A stretch of 61,181 bases of DNA, filler included, from Globobulimina sp. (taxonomy: Eukaryota): NCBI GenBank assembly GCA_003354225.1. It is 7 parts of 7 records of this genome, joined end to end, with 100 filler letters (N's around TTAATTAATTAA, not from the genome) between each part and the next. Parts side by side here need not be neighbours in the genome. Positions count along the whole stretch, not along the records: positions 17,555 to 26,227 come from PIVH01000070.1; positions 26,328 to 34,999 come from PIVH01000071.1; positions 35,100 to 43,746 come from PIVH01000072.1; 4 more parts are not named here. One strand, written 5' to 3'. Under the pieces are notes generated by a model, which worked only from the letters and a program-made list of their open reading frames with translations, made no database searches and was not told the origin of the DNA. Made by a program: the position numbers and the translations under genes. Below, piece by piece: positions 23,004 to 35,581 of the stretch (the first letter of the stretch is position 1; every line of letters begins with the position of its first letter).

Positions 23004-23204
23004 ATGCCATCAGAACAGCAATTACAGAAAGCACTCCAAGAACAAAGAGATTTAGAGAGGGAATTTGAGCTTTTAACCACAGCGCAGAATCCACAAGAAT
23101 CATCAGCACGAATAATGGCTTTTATTTCAAATACGCAGGAAGGGCTAACAGACCCTGAAAATCATTGGATAAATAATGATGATTGTTCATGTCAAATATT
23201 ATAA
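23004..23204 (+). CDS. Heterotrimeric G-protein gamma subunit-like
   Basis: 66 aa with an N-terminal coiled coil, SS.RIM.FI, ENHW (NPW-like) and a C-terminal CaaX (CQIL). Confidence 0.75.
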   Translation: MPSEQQLQKALQEQRDLEREFELLTTAQNPQESSARIMAFISNTQEGLTDPENHWINNDDCSCQIL

Positions 23205-23580
23205 AACATCCAATTCGAAACAAACGAATAGTGGAATATAAAATAAATTTCATATTCAAATATTTTTTATGCGTTCTCAATGTGAGCTATATGTATCTTT
23301 GTCACTTTATCTGTCATGGGATAGTTTTTAACAGATTGTATTATTATTTTTTGTTGAGTTTCGTCTGCAAACAAGAAAACAACGCAAACACTAAATCAAC
23401 GTCCGAACCGGCAATTGTCCGTTGATCAATTGTTTGCATACTAATTGAAGATCTTCTTCTTCTTCAAATTTGAATGCAATAAAAATATATCGGTGCAGTG
23501 CGAGGATAAATAAAAACACTAAATATTTAAGCTAAGTACAATCGGAAAATCTGATTAAATATATTGCGACATGCATCAAT

Positions 23581-24891
23581 TCATAAAATAAGACATCGTG
23601 ACCAACACGAAGTATTTTCAGCATCTTTTGTTTGATTATTGTCAAATTTGTCATGGAATTTAACAGTATTTCCATCTTCTTTATTTTCAAAAATAATTTT
23701 AGGGAAACCTTTCTCTGACAGCAATGGCACTTTTCCAGATTTTTCAAAATCAAATGGAACCGTCGATATAAATGGTTGAGAGATTTGTGTGTTTGCCGGT
23801 AATGTGCCCATTTGTTTGATAGGGAGTTGGTTTATATTTTTTAACTTTAGATACTGACACAACACATTGCATCTATGCGTTCTTAGGAAATTTTCAAATC
23901 CTTTTGTACCTAAATTGCCCCTTCCAAATGCTTTAACATTTTGAGAGGAATGTACCTGCGGATCGGTGTATACATCGCCGACGCCCTGGATGTCACAGAC
24001 CAGCAACTTCCCTTTGGAGGCTTCATAGGTAAAATGGGCAAATGCATGCGGAGTATTCCTCTCATCATCCGAGACCCAGCCCACATTGTTATTATATTTC
24101 TTATATTGCCCTTCGATGTATCGCTCCACATGACATACGGGAGAGCCTTCGCGCTGTTTCAAATGCAATACATAGGCCTCTAAAAAATCTACGCATTTGG
24201 GTGGAAAGTAAGAATTATATCCTTTGCGTCCATGACAAAAATGTCGAGCTATGGCTTGCATCCGTACATCATTAAAATATATGTCTTTTTTGATATTATC
24301 TCTCATATCTTGACTCATTTTGGCCACATATTTCTTTTTTGGATCGGATAAATCTTGTAAATGGAAGACATATCTTAGACCACCTTTATCGAAGGGCACT
24401 TCGTCTATTTTGACTTTGCATAGTTTTTGAAACCATTTCTCTTCGTCATAGCTATAGAGCCATTTGGCAGCTTTTTCGGAGCGTATTTTGCCCCAATCGG
24501 GCGGCCCATGTCTGACCACTTCTATTTTCTTACGTTTACTACTTCTTTTTTTCTTCTGTTGTACTCTTTCATTGTCATCTAACACTATGTTCATTGGATC
24601 TGCACTGTTATAAACACAGGCACTCACATCCTCCGCATGGCCATGGCCATCCTCATCCTCATCATGCTTACTTTCATCCAAAGTACTACCACCAACAAAT
24701 GAGTGCGTGGATCGCTTGCGTTTGCTTGCGTTTTGTGTATGCTTCAGTGTCCCGGATGATGTCCCTGTTAATTCGTCTACAATTTGCGATTTCCTAGTCT
24801 CGAAATCTGCGTGTGTTATTAACTCATTATCATACAATGTTTTTAAATGTTTTAATCGTTGGATACAGTTATTTGCTACTGACTCTTCCAT
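23581..24891 (-). CDS. Alpha-kinase (eEF2K/MHCK family) with N-terminal SHOCT-like domain and C-terminal CaaX
   Basis: PFDKGGLR, YVAK, ERYIEGQYKKYNNN, AFAHFTYEAS, CDIQGV, YTDPQ, GRGNLG, HRCNVLC. Ends in CWSRCLIL. Confidence 0.93.
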   Translation of the reverse strand: MEESVANNCIQRLKHLKTLYDNELITHADFETRKSQIVDELTGTSSGTLKHTQNASKRKRSTHSFVGGSTLDESKHDEDEDGHGHAEDVSACVYNSADPMNIVLDDNERVQQKKKRSSKRKKIEVVRHGPPDWGKIRSEKAAKWLYSYDEEKWFQKLCKVKIDEVPFDKGGLRYVFHLQDLSDPKKKYVAKMSQDMRDNIKKDIYFNDVRMQAIARHFCHGRKGYNSYFPPKCVDFLEAYVLHLKQREGSPVCHVERYIEGQYKKYNNNVGWVSDDERNTPHAFAHFTYEASKGKLLVCDIQGVGDVYTDPQVHSSQNVKAFGRGNLGTKGFENFLRTHRCNVLCQYLKLKNINQLPIKQMGTLPANTQISQPFISTVPFDFEKSGKVPLLSEKGFPKIIFENKEDGNTVKFHDKFDNNQTKDAENTSCWSRCLIL

Positions 24892-24939
24892 TCTCTCTCA
24901 AAAAACTGTTTTTGCAAGTTAACTTTTTTAATTTTAATA

Positions 24940-26227
24940 ATGTCACACATTGCTAAAAGTAGTGGACAGTCACAGTACCCTAAATATGGCATGAACCAAT
25001 TAAGCTTCTCTGAGTTTGACTCACGTCATGATCAGAATAGAATTTATATTGAAAATCCAAGATCAATATCATCGGCTTCGTCAACAGATAGTTGTTGTAC
25101 ATATAGCACAAGAGCGTCATCGGCATCTTCAACTTCCTCAGTCTCAAATAATTCAACATATATTAATGATGATGTAGATGATGATGATGTCGCTGCGCCG
25201 TGCGATGGTGATCCCTTTTGGGATTATTATATAACGACATCATCGATATCGAGAGCAAATATATTTGAATTAACATCAGTAATGAAATTTATTTCTGCTC
25301 AACATGTTATCAAATATTTCATTCAGGATTGGCTTCAGAATAAAATTAAACCAAAAGATATACCATTCATTGAACACAAAATATCATCAAAACCACATAC
25401 CGGCGATACCAAACCAAAATTATTAAATGCTAAATCTTTCACAATGTCAAAGTCCGGAACATATAAATTTGATCCCTATGCTCGGAAACACGAAGGATCA
25501 TATTCATTATATTCAATATATTCAAATACAGATCAGAACCATCGCAATGATCTAAATTTACATACTTGTGCTTTAACAAAATTTATACAAAAATCATTAA
25601 AATCTAATAATAATAATGCCGCAACCTCAAAACACCCAAATTATTTTACTATTCCTCTGCTTCAAACATTATATGACAATAATAATAATATGAAACATAA
25701 TATGAATGAGATTGGAACAAATATTTTCTCATTTTTAGACCAAAACGCATATTTAAAAGCGTCCATTGTTTCAAGAGCATGGTTTTATTGTTCACGATAT
25801 TCAAAATCACGAAGTCATATAAAATTAAAATTGCTAAATGTTTTAAAACATTTTACAAAACCTCAATATTTGTTAAAGACAATAATTAAAAACAATAATA
25901 TTGTCTGTTTCAATCATAATGAAAATATTGATTCTAATCATGATCACGACACTGACAATGACCCAGAACAAGAACAAGAAGACGATGATGAAAACGATCC
26001 GTTATTATCATACATTAAAGTAATTAAACCAAACAAAGATGATATTATAAATGGTGATTTTATTAATTTTTCATCTTTTTTTATATCGCGAACAAATAAA
26101 TTATTTTCATCGGTGTGTTTGTTACAAATCGATTTAACCATTTTATGCAATAATTCATTAATATATTTTATTGACGACAAATTATACGATGAATACTGGG
26201 AAATAATATTAACATTATTTGGTATTT
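24940..26227 (+). CDS. F-box-like protein, 3'-truncated
   Basis: EIGTNIFSFLDQNAYLKASIVSRAWF is an F-box pattern. Ser-rich N-terminus. Confidence 0.65.
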
Positions 26228-26327
26228 NNNNNNNNNNNNNNNNNNNNNNNNNNNNNNNNNNNNNNNNNNNNTTAATTAATTAANNNNNNNNNNNNNNNNN
26301 NNNNNNNNNNNNNNNNNNNNNNNNNNN

Positions 26328-28075
26328 CATACAAATCCGTGTAGTTTGTGTATAATTATGTTGCTGCGAAACAAAAGAAACGGGTAATTAGACAACTTCT
26401 TTAGTATACAATTTAGTTTGTAGATTAATATAAAAAATTAAAATAACATTTAAAATATACTTTATGAGGTTATATGTTGTTTTGAATGTTGTTCCAAATC
26501 CTGCATAGAATTAAATTTTTTATGACATGTATTACATAAATATGGCTTATCCTGAACATGTAATAATTTATGTCTTGTCAACGATCTTTTATGTGCCGTT
26601 TCAAACGAACATTGATCACATTTAAACTCTTTTGGTCCATTATGGATTGCTTCGTGTTGCTGTTTTAAACTTTTTGCTGTGAACCTTTTATCACAAGAAC
26701 CACATTTCCATTTTTTAGGGTTCGTCTCATCATCATTGCTGTTGTCATTGTTGCAATTGCTGTCAGTTTTATTTTGTGTATTTTTATTCTCGTCAAACAT
26801 TTGATTTTGTGCATCTTCACCATGCACTTTTTTTAAATGTTTTCTTAAAATGTATTTGTATGAGGTTTGGTATGTACAATGTGGACATTTGAATGGCTTA
26901 TCACTGCTATGAGTCTAATTAAATGTGAAATTTTAAGTGGAATACAAACGATATGTACAACAAAGACAAAACAAAGAAACGCAACATACGAATTCATGTC
27001 TTTGTACAATTGATTTTGTGGCAGCACCATACGAACAGAACCGACATTTAAAAGGTTTTTCGTGATTCGGTGTATGTTTATTAATGATATGACGATTTAA
27101 TTCGCGTTTTTGACGGAAACATTTGCCGCATTTTGTACACTGAAATGGTTTTATGTGATGCATGCCGGCCAAGCTTTGTTTTGATGAGGGTACAATTGTT
27201 GAAATCGGGATTGGTGTTTGGTACACGATTGGTATTATTGTATCCGTTTCAGATTTCACAAAAACAGATTGTTCATCTTTGACTTTGGGGTCTTTGCGAC
27301 TGTACATGCTATTTTTGAACTGGTCGTTGCTAGGAAAATTCATATAATTTTCGGGGAATTGAGTAATTATCGCACTTTGTAGAGTATGCATGGATTTGTG
27401 GAAATTGTAATCATTTTTTGTGGAAAGTACATTGTTACAAATATTGCATTTTAAATCGTCATCAGTTGGAGTACTGGCATTGGAATGATTTGGTGCCGAT
27501 GTTTCATTTTGTAAATTGCATTTGGTTCGATTTAATTGTTGTAATAATACATTTGATCCTAAATCAAATTTAACGTCTTTAAGACTACTAAAAATGTCGC
27601 CATTTTGCACGAAATTATTGTTTACATTGTTATTATTTGTTTGATTGTTTACATTTTTTCTTTGTTGTGGGAATATTAATGGTGATGAAGATGAAGGGGA
27701 GGAATTTGATGTGTTCGATGTATTTAAGGTTGTCTCGGTCATATCGTTAATTTCTAATAATTTCGTATACAGCGTTTGTTGTAACACCAAATGAATCAAC
27801 GCTTTTTGCTTTAAAAGTTGATTCACTTGTTCCGTGTATTTGTTTTCTAATTGTTGTATCAATCTATAATGTTCATTTATAACTTGATTTCTTAATAAAT
27901 CCATGATTAAAGCCAAGCGCTCACCGAAAACTTGGATCGTACTATTAAAACTTGTCTCGACGATAAGTTCTGATTGATAAACACACGCACCGCCACAGGT
28001 CACGTGTTTTGGGAGATCTGATCGACTTTTGCAGTCACGAGTGTATTGGGTTATCTCTCGGAACTCATCGTTCAT
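26328..28075 (-). CDS. Multi-C2H2 zinc-finger protein (multi-exon, 3'-truncated)
   Basis: Repeated CxxC-x12-HxxxH fingers with EKPF linkers across ORFs 26933-28075 and 26462-26827. Confidence 0.9.
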
Positions 28076-28281
28076 ATGATTTCCTATACGTAGAGTTTAA
28101 TTTAAAGACAAATTTGTCAAGTATTTATTTAATTTATCTTGTTTCTCTAAGCAAGACATTTCCCATATACATATGCTTAATATGCTTGGGTATATTCTAC
28201 ACTCTATCGATTAAAACACAAAGGGCAATTCATCGATATCTACATTTGGATGCATTGGTTGTTGAAATTGTCCCATTTATG

Positions 28282-28390
28282 CACTACAGTCACAACTATT
28301 GAGCTAATTATTGTGGTGAGCAATCACTGCAAAAGTTCAAGTCCGATCACCAAAATTAAAATTAATAGTTGTGACTGCAGTGACTGCAGT
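28282..28390. mobile_element. MITE family A, copy 1
   Basis: TIR CACT(A/G)CAGTCACAACTATT ... AATAGTTGTGACTGCAGTG. A related copy lies at 31673-31799. Confidence 0.75.
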
Positions 28391-28436
28391 ATTTATCTTT
28401 AATAAAATTAGAAACGATTTTATATCTTACATTGAC

Positions 28437-31400
28437 TTACAATTCCAGTCTATTTTCTAACAAGTCACGATTTGTTTTTCTGATTTGAGTCATTTTATTC
28501 GGAATTAAGTGTTGAATGACTAATTGTGTTAATTGATTGTATCTTTGCTTGTTAAATTTTAATTGAACACCCCGCCATAATCCACAATCAGTTTCCCCGT
28601 ATTTATCTAAAAAAACAGACTCATACTGAGTTGCATATCTATTCCATATTAAAATTATTGATGATTTTTGTAAATATAACATTACGCCAATACCATCATT
28701 ACAATGCTCACAATGTTCAATCACGCTGTTCTCACAACAATCGATGCAGATTACTTCCCCGCAAAACAAGCACAAACCCGATTTAATTGCTAAAGTCCCT
28801 TTTTTTTTACATTTTATTTCTGCCGCAATTTGAAATAACATATTATAATCACTGGGCAATGTAATCAATGATAATGGCGATAATTTATTATTTTTATTCG
28901 AACTTAACATTGAAATGGAAGTTAATTTCAATATATATTTTACATTAACGACAGATAAATAATTTTTAAAATATTCATCATTCCAACACTCCGCTAAAAT
29001 ATTATTAATTGTTGGTATATGAAACGCATCGCATATTAAATCACATTCATTTTGTATTTTATGCATGTTATCATTCCCATCATTACTTGACCATAATACA
29101 CATAATAAATCCTCAATTTTTATGTTAAAAAATGCATTGTAAACAATTAAGCATTTCCGTAGGAATGGAGTCATTTCTTCGTATATTTCCTTATTTAATT
29201 CCTTCAAATTATTATTATTGTTCAATATTTGCGTAATAAACAATTGCCAATCTTGCACATTATATTTCAAATAATTTGGCTGCAGCTCAGTTTCGTTTCT
29301 ATTAATAATAAATACTAACAACACTTGGGTTAATTTCATAATATAACACGACAGTATCAATTGGTAAAAATCTAATGTACTTTGCCCTTTTTTCTCATAT
29401 TTGCTGTTTTCAATGCCATCACCAAATATAAACGTTGTGGGATGGCTTAAAATGCCACAAATTAATCTAATAAATGGATCTTGGAATTTGGTATCAATTT
29501 CCTCTGACACTTTCTCTTCGCATTCCGCGTCATTGTCGGTATTCGATCGCGAATTTAAAACATGATTATGAATAAAATCCCAACTATATCCAACCAAAAG
29601 TGCTAAGTTTAAATGCTGAAATGCAGAGTGTTGCGTTCGTGTCCATGCAACAGATATAAATGTATTAATCAACGATATCTTCCTTATTAATTTGTCTTTC
29701 CTTTGTTTCAATGAATATGATCGAAACAACAACTCAAATGACGATATTGTATACGATACAGAATTGACATAAATAAACGAAATATTCGTTGCTTTTAAAT
29801 CTGTTAAAAGTTCTCTGTCGGTGTGACTGCTATGTTTATAATCATCATAAATCCATAATAATTTCGTGAAAAACGCAGTGGATGAGGTCCGAGAGGATAA
29901 CGACGCAAATACGCGGGGATAATTAGTTGCTATCTCGTCATTAATATCATTGATATTTACTCCATTCCTCGCAGCAAATTTATGAAAAGAGATCTTCTCA
30001 AATTTGTCATGAGATAAGTTTGCATTTCGATGCAGTTTGGTGACCGGAACAACTATATTTGCCACGGTCTGGCAATAAGGACAGGTATATTCGAAATGGT
30101 TAATGGATAAAGTGCCGCGCCCATAATAATATTCTTGCCGATAATGCGACCGGACCTTATTAACAATAAATGTATCATAGCACTGTTTATGCACAAAATG
30201 GCCACAAAAGGAGAAGTTTAGACCCTTTCTCGTGGCCAAATAGGTCTCATTCGCCATATTATCAATATTATTGTCCTCATTTATGTCATTATTATTATCC
30301 ACACATCTATGCAATAATGAACATTTTTTGGCAAATCCCATCATAAACATACTATTTTGTCCATCTTTGCTTTTACAAACAATGCAATTATGATCAATAC
30401 CGATACCAAACGACTCAGAGATTTGTTTTTCTTCCAACACTTCTTCCATTTCATAGTTGCTTATAGTTTGACAATGCTTCAATGCAAATTTCTCTTTTTG
30501 TTTTTTCATTTTCTTTAACATTTTTGCTTGAGCCTTTTTACCCCTTTTTTTCTTTCGTTTGGCTGCTGCACTAAATTCAGTTTTTGGTGTCTTGCTATCA
30601 TTATTTTTGTCACTCAATGCACTGAAACTCCTCTCCAATGCGTCGGGTTGCTGTGGCCATATTGGTCGCATCACATTCATTAATGATTTGATTTTGAGTG
30701 AATATAATTTCAGCACAATCTCTTCGATTAATAATCCTTGAGATAATGGGATATGATTTAATAATTTACTCTCATTCGTTTTCGTTGTATCTCTCATTTG
30801 TGTATCATTATCGTTGTCATTATCAATATCTAATATGGGTAGATCTGATAATTGAGTGTTGCTAATAAATATTTTACATAGAAACCATAGAACTGAACCA
30901 ATTCCTTCTACATTACCTTCATTTGTTTGATGCATATGAATTAAATTATATTTACATTCTTTTGCACTGTTTAGATATCCATCATCTTCGTCTTGTTGCT
31001 GTTGTTGTTGGTTGCTATCATTGTGTGTAGTGTTTGAGTGATTAGCTTTTGATTTAGGAGTCATTAGTTCGTCCGCATTATCATCTGTTACGTGATCGAA
31101 TTTGTTCGTTAATCTGAAATTAAAACATTGAGTGAAATTCTGCATTAATTTGATTCCTTTCTCGCTTTGTAAATCCCATTTGGACTCTATTAATATCTGT
31201 GTGTATGTAAATGTAAAGTGTTGTGGTTTGAGGTCGCACGAATGCAGACCTACTGTGACGAATAAATTTTGTCAACTGTTGAATCACTTGGATTGCAACA
31301 AGACGGGATGGAATCAACACAAAGAGTGCAATGTGAAGCTCCGAAACCATCACCGAATAAGCTGGATGATCCAGATTCGGTTCGACCAGGTATGTAAAGA

Positions 31401-34400
31401 GAAAATAACACTCAGTAAACAACTCATCACAAAACATTGCATCTAAAACATTTGCTAAATATCACACAAGCACTGTTGAAACACATTTTATTTTAAACAT
31501 TTTACATCATCAAATACTCATTATTCACCAAAGTAAATAGTGTGTATGTCAATGCAGTCGATAACCACAACGAAATTAAGTCAATAGTAAAAAATTATAA
31601 TTCCGATCACCATTGCAATTGAAAAATTATTGCAATGGTAAAAAAGGAGCACAATATCTGATTTAATATGATCTGCAGTCACTGCAGACACAACTATTGG
31701 GCTAATTTATTGTGGTGCTCGATCAACTGCAAAAGTTGAAATCCGACCACCAAAATTAATTAAAATTAGCTAAATAGTTGTGACTGCAGTGAATTTGCAT
31801 CATCACTATTTTTTATTGTATAACAATTAAAATACATTTTGAGATTAAATACACGTCACTCAAACGGGGAAAAACAGCAAGAAACATTATGAGAACAGAA
31901 ACGATGCGATGCGATGCGATTTGGAGAGGGAGCGAATATCGCGTCCCTTTGATGAAGAAATTGATCAGATGTCATTGATGAAACAACAACACAGAAAAAT
32001 GTCAAGAAAGGCAGAGTGTTGTGCCTTGACACTAATCTGGACAGAAACACACTGATTGATCATGTCTCCGCATCTGACAAGTTAAGTGAAGGACACATCC
32101 ACGCTACGATCCAATCCTCAGCAAAACAAAAACGTATCACATCATACAACTAAAAATCATGCACTGTTCAGACACAGTTCCACGTGGAAAAATTACGTCA
32201 TTTCACGCATAAAACATGGACAAATACACACCTCCACAGCCATTGAGATTAAGCGCAAACATTGCTGCACATGTTCGATGGTGTAACGCGTGCTATCATT
32301 GATATAAAAATGATATAAAATACAATTCCACATTACGCCCATATACGGCGCCGATAATAACGCTAATTGATACCCATTGGCATAGGATATTAACTGCGTG
32401 GACCAATTGGGGAACATCACCTCATCGATATTTTGTTTATTTGCACTGGCCATAAATTTTAAATATCTCTCCGTTGCATCAGACTGTTGGTCGGACGAAG
32501 ACTGTAAGAATCCAGGATTAAATCGGTCATATTTCTTAAAATATGGATTAAATTGTGCATAATATTGAGCTTTCAAGGCAAATTTCCCCGTATCTTCCAT
32601 AGAAAACGGTGCATGATACACAGCAATTTCGTTTAAAATGGGTCTTAATTGTTCTTCCTTTTCCGTTTGGTTGTCATTGTGAACATAGATTTTGTTGCTT
32701 AGCTCAGTCATGGAAGTCGGAGATAGCACCAGCCATTGAATCAATTCATACTTTATGATTTGCGTGTATTTCCCAGTCAATATCTTATTATTTATATCAT
32801 CTAAAATTAGGCCATACGCCGGTTCGCAGATTATAGCAATTAAGGTATGCAATGTATACGTTATCATCTTCAATGTCCGCTTGTTATCAGACCAGTGTTT
32901 CCAGCCTGTTCTGTTATAACCGGCAATATCTTCGGTCTCGGAATAATTGAATAAAGAGACATTATTCACTGCAAACCAATCATGCAAACGATAGCGATGC
33001 AATATTAACGTCAATAAGTTGGACGGAGAGATAATTTGTGTGGCAAACGACTGAATTAATGAAAAATGTGCGCCATAAAAAATATACCAAAAGTCACTGC
33101 GTTCAAAATTAAATATTAAGGTTCGAAACGTATCTCCGTTTTTTATCCATAGGTCGGCGTGGAATTCGTCGAAAACAGTTATAAAACGAAGGGAATAGTC
33201 GAACCAGTCACGAATATATCCATTCAACTCAGAATCTGCAGCGCCGTATTTGACAAACAATTTTTCAATTAATTGCCCAAAATTCTCTGTGGTTCTATGT
33301 ACACAAAAAAATAACACATAAAAAACTAAAAACAAACGTTTTTAGGAAATAGTACTTAACATTTCGATGTAAAGTGCGCATAAATTCATAATAAACCTGG
33401 ACAGCGGCAAAACCACAGATACTTTATCTCGATCTGTCCGAAAATAAGCAAAATTCTCCAAATATCCGCCATCAAAATTAGATAATTTCATCTTTATATC
33501 ATTGCGATGATTAGCACGCGGTGCAGATGCCACATTTGTATCAAATATAATTTCCTGATATGCAGTCTTATGAATTAGGGTCAGTCCATAATAAATAATA
33601 TCAATCAACACATCCAACGCTTGCTTATATTTCTCATTCTTGGCATTCCCTGCAATGCACTGATACAATCCATTGAGAACCACGCGTTGATTCGCAAAAA
33701 ACATATTCAATTCGAAACGCAAATAGTTAATAACTTTCCTATCTTGCTCGTATTGAATGTGTTGACTATATCTCCGATAACAACAAATTGAATGTTGCAC
33801 CATACAGATTTGGTTAATATATCGCTTCCAAAATGCATCCACACCGCCACCATTTCGATTAAATATCAAATATTCCATCATCACATCCACCGATAATAGA
33901 TACCGCTCATCGAATATGATATGAGTCGCAGCCGATTTGCAGGCAATGTCCCAATGTGTTTTATATCCATCTTCTTTGCCACAAAATAGCTGCAAACCAT
34001 CATTGTGCGACAGCTCCATATCAGTCTTAAATAAGGGACACGTTAACTTCATATAGGAATCGATCACAGTTTGGAACAATTTGTGGGTTTCGCATATCTC
34101 TGTGATGGGGTTAATAGTCATAAACTGCACACTTAGTGCCATAAATTGATGCCGTGTCTCTCGCTTTACTTCGCCATACGTCGTACATAATAATTCATAG
34201 ACCGTGGCAAAGATCTGCGACACCCTATGTTTGATGGGCGGTAATGTGATTAATGCGTACCACAAATCAGATAATGAGCGCAAATATTTATGCCGCAATA
34301 CGTGGTCATGCAACATGAAAAAATAAAAAGCATTCTCCGATTCTCGCACAATTTCATTGTGTTTGCAGTCTATATCGATGTCGATGTCGTTATCTGCGTC

Positions 34401-34999
34401 TTTCTGTTCCTCCCAATGTGGTGTATCAATTTTTAAATTGCCTTTGGGTGATAAGGCATGATAATGCGGCGACAATTTGTGTATATTTAGCATCATACAT
34501 TGGGCCATGCATCGTTTTAATATCTCCGAATTGTTGCACCATTCCGATATCTCCTCAATTAATCGCAATAACAATGGCGCAGATATCACACGGCAATAAT
34601 CACTCACTATGTCCTTTATGGCCACATTGTATTGTTTCTCTCCGTCTTTCTCCATCCAACGCTGTGATCATTTTAAGTAATAAGTTGTAAAAATGGAGTG
34701 CAAGGATGGAGATTGAATACCTTTTGTAAGTCACCAATATATTTCTCATCGCCCACCGCAATAATAACGCTATTATACATTCGCAATTTCCATACAATTT
34801 CATCGCATTCCTCATTGCTACAATCCACCAATACATGTTTTATAATTGCCTTTGAAACGTCCCATTTCTCTTCAATTTGCGCCGTATTTTTCATTGCAAT
34901 CTGTAAATATTTATCATGTAATTTTGACTCTTTTTGCATATTTTTAAAAGCCACAAAATCATCATTTATTGCGTTTATATCTCTTAGTTTTAGTTGAAA
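28437..34999 (-). CDS. UBR1/PRT6-type N-recognin E3 ubiquitin ligase (multi-exon, 5'-truncated)
   Basis: RING-like CIVC...CGHFVHKQC...CPYCQTVAN; C-terminal CLFCG..CC..HCEHC..GVMLYLQ..FLDKYGETD..RG; winged-helix LNEIAVYHAP..GKFALK; LSVQFMT. Confidence 0.9.
31673..31799. mobile_element. MITE family A, copy 2 (inside a long UBR intron)
   Basis: CTGCAGTCACTGCAGACACAACTATT ... AATAGTTGTGACTGCAGTG. Internal sequence is shared with copy 1. Confidence 0.75.
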
Positions 35000-35099
35000 N
35001 NNNNNNNNNNNNNNNNNNNNNNNNNNNNNNNNNNNNNNNNNNNTTAATTAATTAANNNNNNNNNNNNNNNNNNNNNNNNNNNNNNNNNNNNNNNNNNNN

Positions 35100-35304
35100 G
35101 GGAATGTTGTTAAATTACGTAATTAAAATTGGACCCTAGGTCCTAGGTCCTACATTGTTGCAATTTGTTACAATGTGAAAAATCTGCTTCAACTCCTTTA
35201 CAATCCTTTAAGAAAAAAGTTTGAAGTTGTTACAATTTGTTGCAATTGCGATGGGACCTAGGACCTAGGGTCAAATTTTAATTACGTAATTTAACAACAT
35301 TCCC
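35100..35304. mobile_element. MITE family B (PIF/Harbinger-Tourist-like), ~51-bp TIRs
   Basis: GGGAATGTTGTTAAATTACGTAATTAAAATTGGACCCTAGGTCCTAGGTCC with a near-perfect inverted copy ending at 35304, followed by TAA. A partial related copy lies at ~35435-35490. Confidence 0.8.
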
Positions 35305-35581
35305 TAATAATATGTAATAACATTGTTTGCAGGTACCTATGTTGTTTACTTCCAGTAGAGATCCATATTTTGCAGCTTCTTCTTTAGGCTCGGTATACAA
35401 TAAAAAGTCCATTTCATTCGTAAGAAGTTCCAACTTTGAAGCAGTTTTTTCACATTGTAAGAATGCATGACTTAGGACCTAGGGTCCAATCGATCTAACT
35501 TTGTGTATTGCGCTTTTCCAATCGAAAGGGTTTACCTATTTGGATATTAACTAAATATAATAAGATATGACGCAATTACAA

